A stretch of 64,000 nt of DNA from the NCBI GenBank assembly GCA_040830765.1, contig JBFOMH010000021.1, forward strand, positions 98,716 to 162,715. The letters run 5' to 3'. This document shows, one piece after another, positions 31,900-40,999 of the stretch. Position 1 is the first letter of the stretch. Every line of letters begins with the position of its first letter. Source of the stretch: Puniceicoccaceae bacterium (GTDB lineage: Bacteria; Verrucomicrobiota; Verrucomicrobiia; Opitutales; Oceanipulchritudinaceae). Under the pieces are notes generated by a model. It did no database searches and had not been told where the DNA came from. It saw only the letters and a list, made by a program, of their open reading frames with translations. Both the position numbers and the translations under genes were made by a program.

Positions 31900-32484
31900 A
31901 TGCCCAAGAAATCAGCCAGGGCCCAATGGGCCGATTACATCAAAGGCGGTGCTGCCAAAAAGGCGTCTTCATCAGCGATTGCCTCACGTCTGGGCAAGAC
32001 GGCCTTCAGAGGCATCATTCTCGGTATCGATCCCAGCTTGAGGGGAACCGGCTTGGCCGTTCTTTCCTTTGAATCCAGCAAGGAGGGTGAACTGCTGGCC
32101 AGCAGTACCGTGAATCCGCCCAAGTCAGCTGATCTTCCGGAGTGCCTGGGCTGTATCGGGCGCGCAGTTGAGGCGGCTATCAACCAATTCAAGCCCACTG
32201 TGGTGGCCATTGAAGAGACCATTTACGTCCAGAATTTCCGCACGGCCCAGAAGCTGGGTGCTGCCCGGGGTGCGGCCATCGGGCAAGCAGCAATCAGGGG
32301 CCTTCCGGTCCATGAATACCCTCCGCTGCGCATCAAACAGGCCGTCGTTGGATATGGCCGGGCCAGCAAGCATCAGGTCAGCCGGCAGATGACAACCCTG
32401 CTCCGCCTGCCTGCGGATTTGCCCTATGATGAGGCCGACGCTGCAGCGGTCGCCCTATGCCATGCCTGGACGGGGTCGGAATAA
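31900..32484 (+). CDS. ruvC: Holliday junction resolvase RuvC
   Basis: LGIDP, AIEE, ARG, IKQAVVGYGRASKHQV, DEADA. Confidence 0.95.
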   Translation: MPKKSARAQWADYIKGGAAKKASSSAIASRLGKTAFRGIILGIDPSLRGTGLAVLSFESSKEGELLASSTVNPPKSADLPECLGCIGRAVEAAINQFKPTVVAIEETIYVQNFRTAQKLGAARGAAIGQAAIRGLPVHEYPPLRIKQAVVGYGRASKHQVSRQMTTLLRLPADLPYDEADAAAVALCHAWTGSE

Positions 32485-32655
32485 TCGACAAATTCCCCAG
32501 AATACGCTTGCACTGCGGCTCCAGGACGCTTTCTTCACCTCTTTTCCGTTACATTGTCGGCAGGTGCCGGCAACGGATTAAACTCAGTTAAAAATGAAAG
32601 CTGGCGGTGCGGCCAGCCAGTTTGTTCCGCGAGAGCGGGATGCCGCACAAAAACC

Positions 32656-33483
32656 ATGAATATCACAATTAAAGACCTGTTGGACGCAGGGGTGCACTTT
32701 GGTCACCAATTGCGTCGTTTCAATCCCAAGTCCAAGAAGTTCGTCTTCGCCAATCGTCACGGCATCAGTGTGATTGATTTGGAAAAGACCTATGCCCGTC
32801 TCGAGGCAGCCGCTAAGTTTGTCGAGGAGACCGTCGCCGGTGGTAAGAATGTCCTCCTCGTGGGGACCAAGCGCCAGGCCCGCGACCTTATCAAGGAGGC
32901 AGCCATCAGCTGCAACATGCCCTATGCCACTACCCGTTGGCTGGGCGGTACCCTGACCAATTTTGTGACCGTTCGCCGCTCCATCGAGAAGTACAAGCAG
33001 TACCTCCAGTGGGAAGGCGATGGCACTCTCGACAAGATGCACAACAAGGAAAGTGCTGCTATCCGTCGGGAAATGGCCCGCATGAACCGCAACTTTGAAG
33101 GGATTGTCGATCTCGAGGAAATGCCGGGTGCCATTTTTGTTATCGATACCAAGATGGAAGACATCGCCGTCGCCGAGGCCAATCGCCTCAAGATCCCGGT
33201 TGTCGCCCTTGTCGATACAAACAGCGACCCGTCCCTGCTGGATTATCCGATTCCCGGTAATGACGACTCCTTGAAGTCCATCCGGGTCATCGTCGAGGTC
33301 ATCCTTGACGCCATCCAGGCCGGACTGGCCCAGCGGGCCCAACCGGAAGCGATCCAGACCCGGACCGTCAAGCCGGTCATTGAGGCTCCGGCTGTCGAGG
33401 ACCAGGTACCGGTTACAGCGATCCGCTCTGATGATGAGGACGGGGATGTTGTCCCGGAGTCCTTCAGCACGGACGACGATTAA
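32656..33483 (+). CDS. rpsB: 30S ribosomal protein S2
   Basis: LLDAGVHFGH, VGTK, RWLGGTLTN, DTNSDP, PGNDD; start at ATG 32656. Confidence 0.98.
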   Translation: MNITIKDLLDAGVHFGHQLRRFNPKSKKFVFANRHGISVIDLEKTYARLEAAAKFVEETVAGGKNVLLVGTKRQARDLIKEAAISCNMPYATTRWLGGTLTNFVTVRRSIEKYKQYLQWEGDGTLDKMHNKESAAIRREMARMNRNFEGIVDLEEMPGAIFVIDTKMEDIAVAEANRLKIPVVALVDTNSDPSLLDYPIPGNDDSLKSIRVIVEVILDAIQAGLAQRAQPEAIQTRTVKPVIEAPAVEDQVPVTAIRSDDEDGDVVPESFSTDDD

Positions 33484-33512
33484 TATTAAACTGAATTTAG
33501 ATCACTGGAACA

Positions 33513-34106
33513 ATGAGTGAAATTACTGCAAAAATGGTAGCTGAGCTGCGCGCCAAGACTGGCGCCGGGCTCATGGATTGCAAGAAAGCGCTGACCGAAG
33601 CAAACGGCAGCGAGGAGCAGGCTATCGATATCCTCCGCAAGAAGGGTATCGCCAGTGCCTCCAAGAAGGCCGACCGTTCGGCATCCGACGGCCTTGTCGA
33701 GGCCTACATCCACATGGGTGGCAAGGTCGGGGTGCTGGTTGAACTGAATTGCGAGACCGACTTCGTTGCCAAGACCGACGACTTCAAGGCGCTGGTACGC
33801 GACATCGCCATGCACATCGCCGCGACGAACCCGATCTGCGTCAGCCGGGAGGATATTCCCGCTGACATCCTTGAGAAGGAAAAGGAAATTGCCGCCTCCC
33901 AGATCGATCCCAAGAAGCCGGCCAACATCATCGAGAAGATTGTTTCCGGCAAGCTGGAGAAGTTCTATCAGGAAAACGCCCTCATGGAGCAGCCGTTTGT
34001 CAAGAATACCGACCAGACGATCGCTGACATGCTCAAGGAGCAGATTGCCAAGATGGGCGAAAATATGGTTATCCGGCGATTTGCCCGTTTCCAGATTGGC
34101 GCCTGA
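33513..34106 (+). CDS. tsf: Elongation factor Ts (short form)
   Basis: ELRAKTGAGLMDCKKAL, ELNCETDFVA; follows rpsB. Confidence 0.98.
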   Translation: MSEITAKMVAELRAKTGAGLMDCKKALTEANGSEEQAIDILRKKGIASASKKADRSASDGLVEAYIHMGGKVGVLVELNCETDFVAKTDDFKALVRDIAMHIAATNPICVSREDIPADILEKEKEIAASQIDPKKPANIIEKIVSGKLEKFYQENALMEQPFVKNTDQTIADMLKEQIAKMGENMVIRRFARFQIGA

Positions 34107-34132
34107 GTCGGTCCGGCAAGTTAATTTAAGCG

Positions 34133-34166
34133 ACGGCTCCGGGTCTTCCCGGGGCCGTTTTTATTT
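34133..34166 (+). terminator. Rho-independent terminator after tsf
   Basis: ACGGCTCCGGG-tctt-CCCGGGGCCGT followed by TTTTATTT. Confidence 0.8.
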
Positions 34167-34170
34167 ACCC

Positions 34171-34797
34171 TCAATAGAGGCTGGTAACGTGCCCTTGCAG
34201 AAGCTTGATGACGAAGACAGCCACGTTACTGGTAATATGGGCCACGAAGCAGGGAAGGAGCGACTGCTGAGGATTCCACTTGAAGAAGCGGACGGTGTAG
34301 AACCAAAGCGAATTCAGAAAGAGCAGGAGCAAAGACCAGCCGGATTTGCTGTCCAGGGTCAGGGTCAGAGCTCTTCCTTCCTCCGTCTCATCCAGGGTGG
34401 CGTAATATTGGAAGTGCAGCAGGGCAAAAATCAGTGAGAAAGCGATGATGCTGCCGACAAGGAAAGCGGTTCCTTTTTTGGTAATGACAAGGTACCCCCG
34501 GAAGATCACTTCTTCAAGAATGCCCGCCCCAATCATGGCGAAGAGAAAGATGACGCTGATGTCGGTTTGCTCGGAGGAGACGCCAAGAGCCAGTTCGCCT
34601 CCCGTTTCAAGCAGGACCAGGATGATGGCTCCGATGGCTGCAATGCCGAGCGCGATTCCTGTCGCGGGTGTCGCCCCCGGGAGGGCCTTGGGGTTGGGCT
34701 CACCGGCCTTCAGGGAAAGCAGGTCGTCGCGCCATAACTTGGCCAGGTAGAGGGCTCCGGCAAAGACGAGAAGAATGAGGAGAGGGGAGTCTGACAT
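34171..34797 (-). CDS. CPBP (CAAX/Abi) intramembrane glutamic endopeptidase
   Basis: EEVIFRG, FALLH and H...N motifs in a multi-TM protein. Confidence 0.85.
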   Translation of the reverse strand: MSDSPLLILLVFAGALYLAKLWRDDLLSLKAGEPNPKALPGATPATGIALGIAAIGAIILVLLETGGELALGVSSEQTDISVIFLFAMIGAGILEEVIFRGYLVITKKGTAFLVGSIIAFSLIFALLHFQYYATLDETEEGRALTLTLDSKSGWSLLLLFLNSLWFYTVRFFKWNPQQSLLPCFVAHITSNVAVFVIKLLQGHVTSLY

Positions 34798-34905
34798 CGA
34801 TACCCTTAGATGCGGAATACGCTTTCTTGAGCAAGTGTATAAAGTCGGTAATACCTTTCGGCTGGCTTGATTTTAGAAGCCAAGGGCCCTAACTTCCCCA
34901 TTCAC

Positions 34906-35931
34906 ATGCCTACTACGACCTTCAAGACCTCGTCCCTGCCTGGGAACGCCGACTTCCAGAAGATAGTGGAGCCGCTAGTACCCGCTTTCGGTGAGCTGGA
35001 GGCGTTCCTTTCACGGCAAGTGAGTTCGTTTGAGCCGGAAGTTCAGCCCCTGGTTGAGTATTGCTTTGGGCATAGTGGTAAAAAGTTGCGCCCGATTCTC
35101 GTCTTTTCGATGGGTCTGGAGGACTTTAGCTCACCAACCGAGGAAATGGTCAAGGCTGCGGCCATCGTGGAACTTGTCCACCTGGCGACGCTGGTCCATG
35201 ACGACATTCTTGACGAGGCGGAAGTGCGCCACCGGACAGAGACCGTGGTGGCCCGGCATGGTGCCCATGTGGCGGTGTTGCTCGGGGATGCCCTGTTCGC
35301 CCATGCCCTTCACCTGGCTGCACAGTTTCCTGATGTCGAGGTGTGCCGCCGCGTTTCCCTGGCCACCCGGCAAGTCTGCTCTGGGGAGATTGCCCAGACA
35401 TTCGCCCGCGAAGTCGGAGCCCCCTCGACGGAGGCTTATTACCGGATGATAGACCTGAAGACTGCCGAGCTCTTTGCCGTCTCCTCCCACCTCGGGGCCT
35501 ATCTCGCCGGCTTTTCCGGTGAAGCCCTGCAAGCAGCCGGGGATTTTGCCCGTCACTTGGGAATTGCCTACCAGATCTACGATGATGCGGCGGATATTTT
35601 TGCCGAGGAAGCTGTCGCTGGTAAAACCCTCGGGACCGACCTGGCCACAGGTAAGTTCACCCTCCCGGTTCTCATGTGGCTGGACTCGCTCGCTCCAGAT
35701 AGTCGTCAAGCTGCCATTACCTCCATGCGGGAGGGGGATCATGTCCTAGACATGGTCCGACAGGCTTTACAAGAGCACGCAATCCTCGAAAAGGCAGGGA
35801 TGGCTTTTACCAGCCAGATCGAGAGCGCTTGCCACGCTGTGGAAGCCATTCCAGGGAAGGCACGTCGTGAACAACTGCTGCGGCTGGCAAATTTCGTCGG
35901 CTCGGCATGGAATAAATTCTCGATCCAGTAG
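34906..35931 (+). CDS. Polyprenyl diphosphate synthase (IspB-like)
   Basis: GKKLRP, HDDILD, KTAELF, QIYDDAAD, GK.LGTDL..GK.TLP. Confidence 0.92.
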   Translation: MPTTTFKTSSLPGNADFQKIVEPLVPAFGELEAFLSRQVSSFEPEVQPLVEYCFGHSGKKLRPILVFSMGLEDFSSPTEEMVKAAAIVELVHLATLVHDDILDEAEVRHRTETVVARHGAHVAVLLGDALFAHALHLAAQFPDVEVCRRVSLATRQVCSGEIAQTFAREVGAPSTEAYYRMIDLKTAELFAVSSHLGAYLAGFSGEALQAAGDFARHLGIAYQIYDDAADIFAEEAVAGKTLGTDLATGKFTLPVLMWLDSLAPDSRQAAITSMREGDHVLDMVRQALQEHAILEKAGMAFTSQIESACHAVEAIPGKARREQLLRLANFVGSAWNKFSIQ

Positions 35932-35996
35932 CTCTTTTCGTTGTCTGAGATAATTCTTGAAACCCTTTTCAAGTCGGATAGTTTGTAAAAGTAAGG

Positions 35997-36632
35997 ATGT
36001 CTTTAACCAAACCAGTAGACACCGCAGTGCCCTTCGAGGCGGACAGCGCCAAGGATTCTGCGGCCAGTAGCGATGCGGCTGTTGTCCAGCGCGTCCAGAA
36101 TGGCGACGTGGCGGCGTTCGACATCCTTGTCCGCAAGTACCGCGAACGGCTTTATGGCATCATTTACAACCTGACCTCGAATCGGGAAGATGCTGCCGAC
36201 CTGACCCAGGAGGCTTTCATCAAGGCCTTCAGCTCGATCAATCGCTTCAAGGGCAAATCAGCCTTTTTTACCTGGCTCTACCGCATCGGGGTGAATACCG
36301 CACTCAGCCACATGAAGCGGAACCGCTTCCGTCGCTTCTTCAGCCTGGAGCACATTCAGGAAGAGGGAAGCAATGCCCAGATCCTCGAAACGCTGGCGGC
36401 CAAGCACAAATCCGAAAAGGGTGCTTTGCTCAGTGAACTGCAGGAAAAATTGAACGAAGCGATGCAGAAACTGTCTCCTAAACATAGGACAGTTGTGGTT
36501 CTCTTTGAGATAGAAGGCTTAAGTCACCAAGAAATAGCGGACATCGTCGGGTGTTCCGTGGGGACTGTGCGTTCCCGTTTGCATTACGCCAAACAGCAAC
36601 TCCAGGCGGACTTGAAGCACTTTATCGATTAA
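35997..36632 (+). CDS. ECF RNA polymerase sigma factor (RpoE-like)
   Basis: DAADLTQEAFIKAF, FFTWLYRI, GLSHQEIA...VGTVRSRLHYA. Confidence 0.94.
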   Translation: MSLTKPVDTAVPFEADSAKDSAASSDAAVVQRVQNGDVAAFDILVRKYRERLYGIIYNLTSNREDAADLTQEAFIKAFSSINRFKGKSAFFTWLYRIGVNTALSHMKRNRFRRFFSLEHIQEEGSNAQILETLAAKHKSEKGALLSELQEKLNEAMQKLSPKHRTVVVLFEIEGLSHQEIADIVGCSVGTVRSRLHYAKQQLQADLKHFID

Positions 36633-36644
36633 TAACAAATTTTA

Positions 36645-37202
36645 ATGGCAAGCAGGAAAGACAGACCGGACGTCACACTGGAAGCACTCCTCAAGCTGAA
36701 GCGCAATGAGCGCCCCGGCGGAGAATTCTGGGACTCCTTTGAGCAGGATTTTCAACGTCGCCGTTTGCACGCCCTCGTGGAAAAACCGGCCTTTAGTGAC
36801 TTCTTCTGGAGCCCGGCCATGAAAACACTGGCAATCGGCCTACCGGCCTTGCTGATGGTTGCCCTGGCAGTTGTCTGGACACCTGGCGAACTGGCCATGA
36901 CCGAGACATCCTTGGCAGAGAGTCCAGCCCCTGTCCTGGATACGGGCAGTTTGCAGGTAAGTGAGGTTGCGGTGAAGCCTCAAGTGGCCGTCGTGCAGGA
37001 TGTGCCGACGAACCTTTCCTCAAGCCAGTTTGTTGTCGACGCCATCGAGGATAATTCCTCCTCCATGAACTTCCGTAAAGTTCTCTACACGCCGGCGATT
37101 CGCTTGTCAGCGCCGAGTGGAGCGTTCTATGTCCGCGACAACATGAGTTCCAGCAACTACCGCGTAACCACGGCCGAAGTAAAGCTGGGTCGCAATTTCT
37201 AA
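36645..37202 (+). CDS. Single-TM hypothetical protein, putative anti-sigma factor
   Basis: Directly after the ECF sigma gene; short N-domain, one TM (LAIGLPALLMVALAVVW), C-terminal extracytoplasmic part. Confidence 0.55.
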   Translation: MASRKDRPDVTLEALLKLKRNERPGGEFWDSFEQDFQRRRLHALVEKPAFSDFFWSPAMKTLAIGLPALLMVALAVVWTPGELAMTETSLAESPAPVLDTGSLQVSEVAVKPQVAVVQDVPTNLSSSQFVVDAIEDNSSSMNFRKVLYTPAIRLSAPSGAFYVRDNMSSSNYRVTTAEVKLGRNF

Positions 37203-37211
37203 GGCTGGAAC

Positions 37212-38387
37212 ATGGATTTTTCTTCCCATGGAAAGCGGGTCCTCCGTCTTCTTGCACTGGGTAGTTGTCTGTTCCCACTTGCCGCTTCTGGACAAAACGG
37301 GGGCGAATTCCGGAGCCTTGAGGAGCGCATCACATCCCTTTACGAGGAGAATCACAGTGCCTTGGTCCGGGTGAAAGCGGTTTATCCGCCGAGGGAAGAT
37401 GACGACGTCCCCCAGGTGGTCATCGGAACGGGATTTTTTATCAGCCGGGAAGGCTTGATCATTACAAATGCCAGTATCGTCTACCAGCCGCTGCGGGTAT
37501 GGGTTGAGCATGATAACATCGCCTACAGTGCGGATGTGCTGGGTTTGGACGAGCGAGCCAATATCGCTTTCCTGAGGACGCATTCCCTGCCGGAAACGTT
37601 TAACTTCTTCCACTTGGTGGATCGTGCGGAAATGCCGAAGGTCGGCAGCTTCGTCCTGCGTTTGAGTATGCCGCTCGAATTCGATCCAAGTCCGAGCCTT
37701 GGCATTGTCACGGGATTTGAAAGTCGCTTTGGGGATCGGTTTTTTCCCTGTACCTACATCCGTACCGATGTCCCGGCAGGCCCTGGAGATGGGGGATCCG
37801 CCTACCTTGACCTGACCGGGCGGGTGCTTGGCATACAAGTGGGTTCGCTTCCCGATGTGGGATCAAGCTATATCCTGCCTGCCCGGGCGGCCTTGCGCAT
37901 CCGGGACGATGTCCTTTTCTCTGGCACCGTGACCTATGGCTGGATTGGATTTGAGGTGGAGATCCGGAGTGGGATTGAAACTGGCCGCGAACTGGTTCTC
38001 AGCGAAGTCTTTTCAGACAGCCCCGCTGCGGCAGCTGGACTCATGGAGGGCGATGTTCTTCGCCAAATTGGTGACTATTCAATCGAGGTCCTTGATGACC
38101 TCCGGAATGCCATGTTCTACACCCGGGTCGGACAATACGTTGATGTCTCGGTGAGCAGGGAAGGGCAGACGCGACGGTTCAGCGTTCGTATCGTGGCACG
38201 TCCTGAGAACGAGCCGATGCAGATTACGGAGCCGGCTCCAGCTCCACCCATTGAGCCGATCAAGGAGCAGACGGAACAGGACAATGAAGGACCCATGCCT
38301 TTTGAGGAAGACATGTCCCAGGGCGGAGATCCCTATGAACTGGAGGAAGAAGGCAATGTTCCCGACATCCTGCAGCCAAGTTCCTGA
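37212..38387 (+). CDS. HtrA/DegP-like trypsin plus PDZ protein, catalytic triad degenerate
   Basis: Signal peptide; GTGFFI..EGLIITNAS; DLTGRVLGI; PDZ (SPAAAAGLMEGDVL). Confidence 0.85.
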   Translation: MDFSSHGKRVLRLLALGSCLFPLAASGQNGGEFRSLEERITSLYEENHSALVRVKAVYPPREDDDVPQVVIGTGFFISREGLIITNASIVYQPLRVWVEHDNIAYSADVLGLDERANIAFLRTHSLPETFNFFHLVDRAEMPKVGSFVLRLSMPLEFDPSPSLGIVTGFESRFGDRFFPCTYIRTDVPAGPGDGGSAYLDLTGRVLGIQVGSLPDVGSSYILPARAALRIRDDVLFSGTVTYGWIGFEVEIRSGIETGRELVLSEVFSDSPAAAAGLMEGDVLRQIGDYSIEVLDDLRNAMFYTRVGQYVDVSVSREGQTRRFSVRIVARPENEPMQITEPAPAPPIEPIKEQTEQDNEGPMPFEEDMSQGGDPYELEEEGNVPDILQPSS

Positions 38388-38402
38388 GAAGCCGAGAAAG
38401 GC

Positions 38403-38942
38403 TTAACTGTCACCTGGTTCCTCCAGAGCTTTGAGGAAATCTGTTCCTTCCCCTTGCAGGCCCTTTTCATTCAGAATGATAGCCAGGGCATCCGCTTCGG
38501 GTTCACTAACCTTGACCGATGGATCAGTTGGCAACTCGGGCATATGACGGACAGTCAGGTGCCAAAGAGCCCAGGCCCGGGCTTTTTTCAAGTCCGGGGG
38601 CCCCCGGAAGCGGGTCGCCTGATGGAGGAAACTAATCCGCGGATTACCAAGGAATCCCTGGCCATCGTAGTTGCGCAGCAGCCAGACGTAAGCTGACCAG
38701 GGTTGGCTGAAGGAGGCTGGGAGGTGCTCCGGTTCAAGATACACCGCTCTGCAAAGAGCGAGGATAGCCCGGGCAGGTTGCTTGTTGAGCCAAAGAAACT
38801 GGGTATAGCGGAGGGCCGCCTGAAACAATTCACCCGGTCCTTTCGTGCGCGCGGCCTGCAGGTCCCGCCAGCTCATTTCAACCTCAACCGGAGGGAGCAG
38901 GGGACAGGCTTGTGGATGGTTCTTTTCCATTGAATCGGGCAT
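38403..38942 (-). CDS. Hypothetical protein
   Basis: 179-aa ORF filling the gap between neighbours; contains GFLGNPRISF.HQATR; no family recognised. Confidence 0.6.
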   Translation of the reverse strand: MPDSMEKNHPQACPLLPPVEVEMSWRDLQAARTKGPGELFQAALRYTQFLWLNKQPARAILALCRAVYLEPEHLPASFSQPWSAYVWLLRNYDGQGFLGNPRISFLHQATRFRGPPDLKKARAWALWHLTVRHMPELPTDPSVKVSEPEADALAIILNEKGLQGEGTDFLKALEEPGDS

Positions 38943-38959
38943 TTCGTTAGGTCACCTTA

Positions 38960-39661
38960 ATGAGGTCCATAATGAGCGAAACTGCAAATACATCCCGTAC
39001 AGTGCATGAGTTGAAGGGTGGCAAGAGCCTCCTTATCGGCCTGCTCGGACGGCTTGTCCGCTGGTGGCAAGGGACATTGGTTTACGAAATGCCGGAAGAG
39101 GTTGCCCATGTCTTCAGGGACCATCCGGAGGGATTTCTGATTCTCCTCTGGCACAACCGGCTCTTTGCCGGAATCGGCTGCCTGCAGGAGACAGACATTG
39201 AGGGGCACAAGATGCATGCCCTGGTTAGTGCCAGTCGCGATGGGGCCCAATTGTCACAGTTCCTCCGGGCCCAGAATATTTACCCGATCCGCGGCAGCAG
39301 CAGCCGGAGGGGCTCCACCGCAGCCCGCGAGCTGGTCAAGACCCTCCACATGGGGAATGCCGTTGCCATCACCGTCGACGGGCCGCGGGGACCTTGCTAT
39401 GAGGCCCAGCAAGGGGCAGCCCTCCTGATGCAGACCACGGGTGTGCCTGCCTATCTGGTGGGTGTGGAGTGTGAGTCCTGCTGGGAGCTTCCCAGCTGGG
39501 ACCGGTTTATCATCCCGGTCCCCTTCAGCCGGGTGAAAATAAAAGTGGACCGCTTTGCGCCCGCCGATCCCCAAGGGGGAAAAGACGAGCGCAAGGCGAT
39601 CCAGAGAATGATTCAGGAACGGCTGGCTGCCCTGACGGTGGATTCACATCGCCGTCGCTAA
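38960..39661 (+). CDS. Lysophospholipid acyltransferase family (DUF374)
   Basis: LWH, SASRDG, RGSSSRRG, TVDGPRGP, SWDRF..P.PFS. Confidence 0.88.
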   Translation: MRSIMSETANTSRTVHELKGGKSLLIGLLGRLVRWWQGTLVYEMPEEVAHVFRDHPEGFLILLWHNRLFAGIGCLQETDIEGHKMHALVSASRDGAQLSQFLRAQNIYPIRGSSSRRGSTAARELVKTLHMGNAVAITVDGPRGPCYEAQQGAALLMQTTGVPAYLVGVECESCWELPSWDRFIIPVPFSRVKIKVDRFAPADPQGGKDERKAIQRMIQERLAALTVDSHRRR

Positions 39662-39685
39662 GCTGCCCGCCATTGTGTAAGCCGT

Positions 39686-40192
39686 TTAGAATACCGGTTC
39701 GAAGACGACCGTGGCTCCCGGGAAGACGACTCCGTTTGCGCCGATGCTCCAGACTGAGTCGTTGATCAGGACCTTGAATTCGACTTCGCTGGTCACGACC
39801 GTGCTCTCCCAGACCCATTCATCGGCACTGACATTCTTCATCAGAATGCCGGAATCCCAGGTCAGCCCGGTGCTGTTGCCACGGATGTAGACCTGGTTGC
39901 CGAAGCCGGCGTCCACCTTGGCGATAACCCGGGTGACGATCTTCTGCTTCCTGGCAGCCTTCTTGGCCGGAGCCTTCTTGGCAGCCTTTTTGGCGACCTT
40001 CTTAGCCGGGGCCTTCTTGGCAACCTTCTTAGTGGCAGCCTTCTTGGCCGGGGCCTTCTTGGCGACCTTTTTGACAACAGCCTTCTTGGCCGGGGCCTTC
40101 TTGGCGACCTTTTTGACAACAGCCTTCTTGGCTGCGGTCTTCTTCACCGGTGCAGCCTTCTTGGCTTTAGTGGTGGTTGTTTTCTTAGGCAT
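39686..40192 (-). CDS. Histone-H1-like Lys/Ala/Pro repeat protein with C-terminal CBM20-like beta domain
   Basis: About 80 aa of KKVAKKAPAKKA repeats, then VDAGFGNQVYIRG...LTW..G..M......W.W......EFKVLIND..W..G.N. Confidence 0.75.
   Translation of the reverse strand: MPKKTTTTKAKKAAPVKKTAAKKAVVKKVAKKAPAKKAVVKKVAKKAPAKKAATKKVAKKAPAKKVAKKAAKKAPAKKAARKQKIVTRVIAKVDAGFGNQVYIRGNSTGLTWDSGILMKNVSADEWVWESTVVTSEVEFKVLINDSVWSIGANGVVFPGATVVFEPVF
40036..40132. repeat. 42-bp perfect tandem repeat (about 2.3 copies) within the H1-like gene
   Basis: CAGCCTTCTTGGCCGGGGCCTTCTTGGCGACCTTTTTGACAA at 40036 and 40078, partial third copy at 40120. Confidence 0.9.
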
Positions 40193-40296
40193 TTTATTTT
40201 CTAGTTCAGTTTAATGGTATGCTTATAATTAAGCACCCTCTTCCAAGCACGATTGATACCAAAGCACAATCGCAAAATGCGCTAAATTGAGCGGTC

Positions 40297-40959
40297 CTAA
40301 ACTTCCAGATTATGCCGGGTTTCCTTGCCGGTGGTGAGGAAGATGACCTCCTCGGCAAGGTTGGTGGCATGGTCGGCAATCCGTTCGAGGGACTTGGAGA
40401 TGAAGATCAAGTCCAGGCAGCGCTTGATTTCATTGGGATCCGTTTTCGCCTCCTTGATGAAGGCCTTCACATTATCCCGGTTGCACTCGTCGACTTCCTC
40501 GTCCTTTTCGAGCACAGCATAGGCCTTTTCCGGGTCTTCATGGAGAAAGGCTTGCAGGGCCATGCGAAGCATTTCACGGGCCAGCAGGTCCATCTGGGGA
40601 ATGTGGTAGATGTCCCCCGAAAGGCCACTTTTGAGAAGTAGTTTGCGGGCCCGCTTGGAGATATTGCGAGCCTCATCCCCGACACGCTCCAAGTCGTGGC
40701 TGGCTTTGATGGCCACGGTCAGCAGACGGAGGTCGGAGGCAACGGGTGAACGCAAGGTCAGGTAACGGGTAGCCTCCTGGTCAATGGCGATTTCCAGGGC
40801 GTCGATTTCATCGTCACCCGCAATGACAGCATCCGCGAGCTCCACTTCTTTGTCGGACAGGGACTGGACACTCTTCTTGACCGCGTCACCGGCCTTTTCC
40901 CCCATCAACATTAGGTGTGACTTGAGGGTCTCGAGTTCGCTATGGAAGAATCGTTTCAT
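40297..40959 (-). CDS. phoU: Phosphate signalling protein PhoU
   Basis: PVASDLR, DLERVGDEA.NI, LERIADHATNLAE; ends the pst operon. Confidence 0.95.
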   Translation of the reverse strand: MKRFFHSELETLKSHLMLMGEKAGDAVKKSVQSLSDKEVELADAVIAGDDEIDALEIAIDQEATRYLTLRSPVASDLRLLTVAIKASHDLERVGDEARNISKRARKLLLKSGLSGDIYHIPQMDLLAREMLRMALQAFLHEDPEKAYAVLEKDEEVDECNRDNVKAFIKEAKTDPNEIKRCLDLIFISKSLERIADHATNLAEEVIFLTTGKETRHNLEV

Positions 40960-40999
40960 AATCGTTATATTACATTGTCACCGTTTCATGTCAGCCTTA

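Noticed and set aside
39940..40170. Repeat region considered as a CRISPR-like array
   Set aside because: The repeats are in-frame coding repeats with no unique spacers, and no cas genes are present.
40960..40999. TGTCA elements between pstB and phoU as a second Pho box
   Set aside because: The spacing is 13 bp rather than 11 bp; too weak to call.
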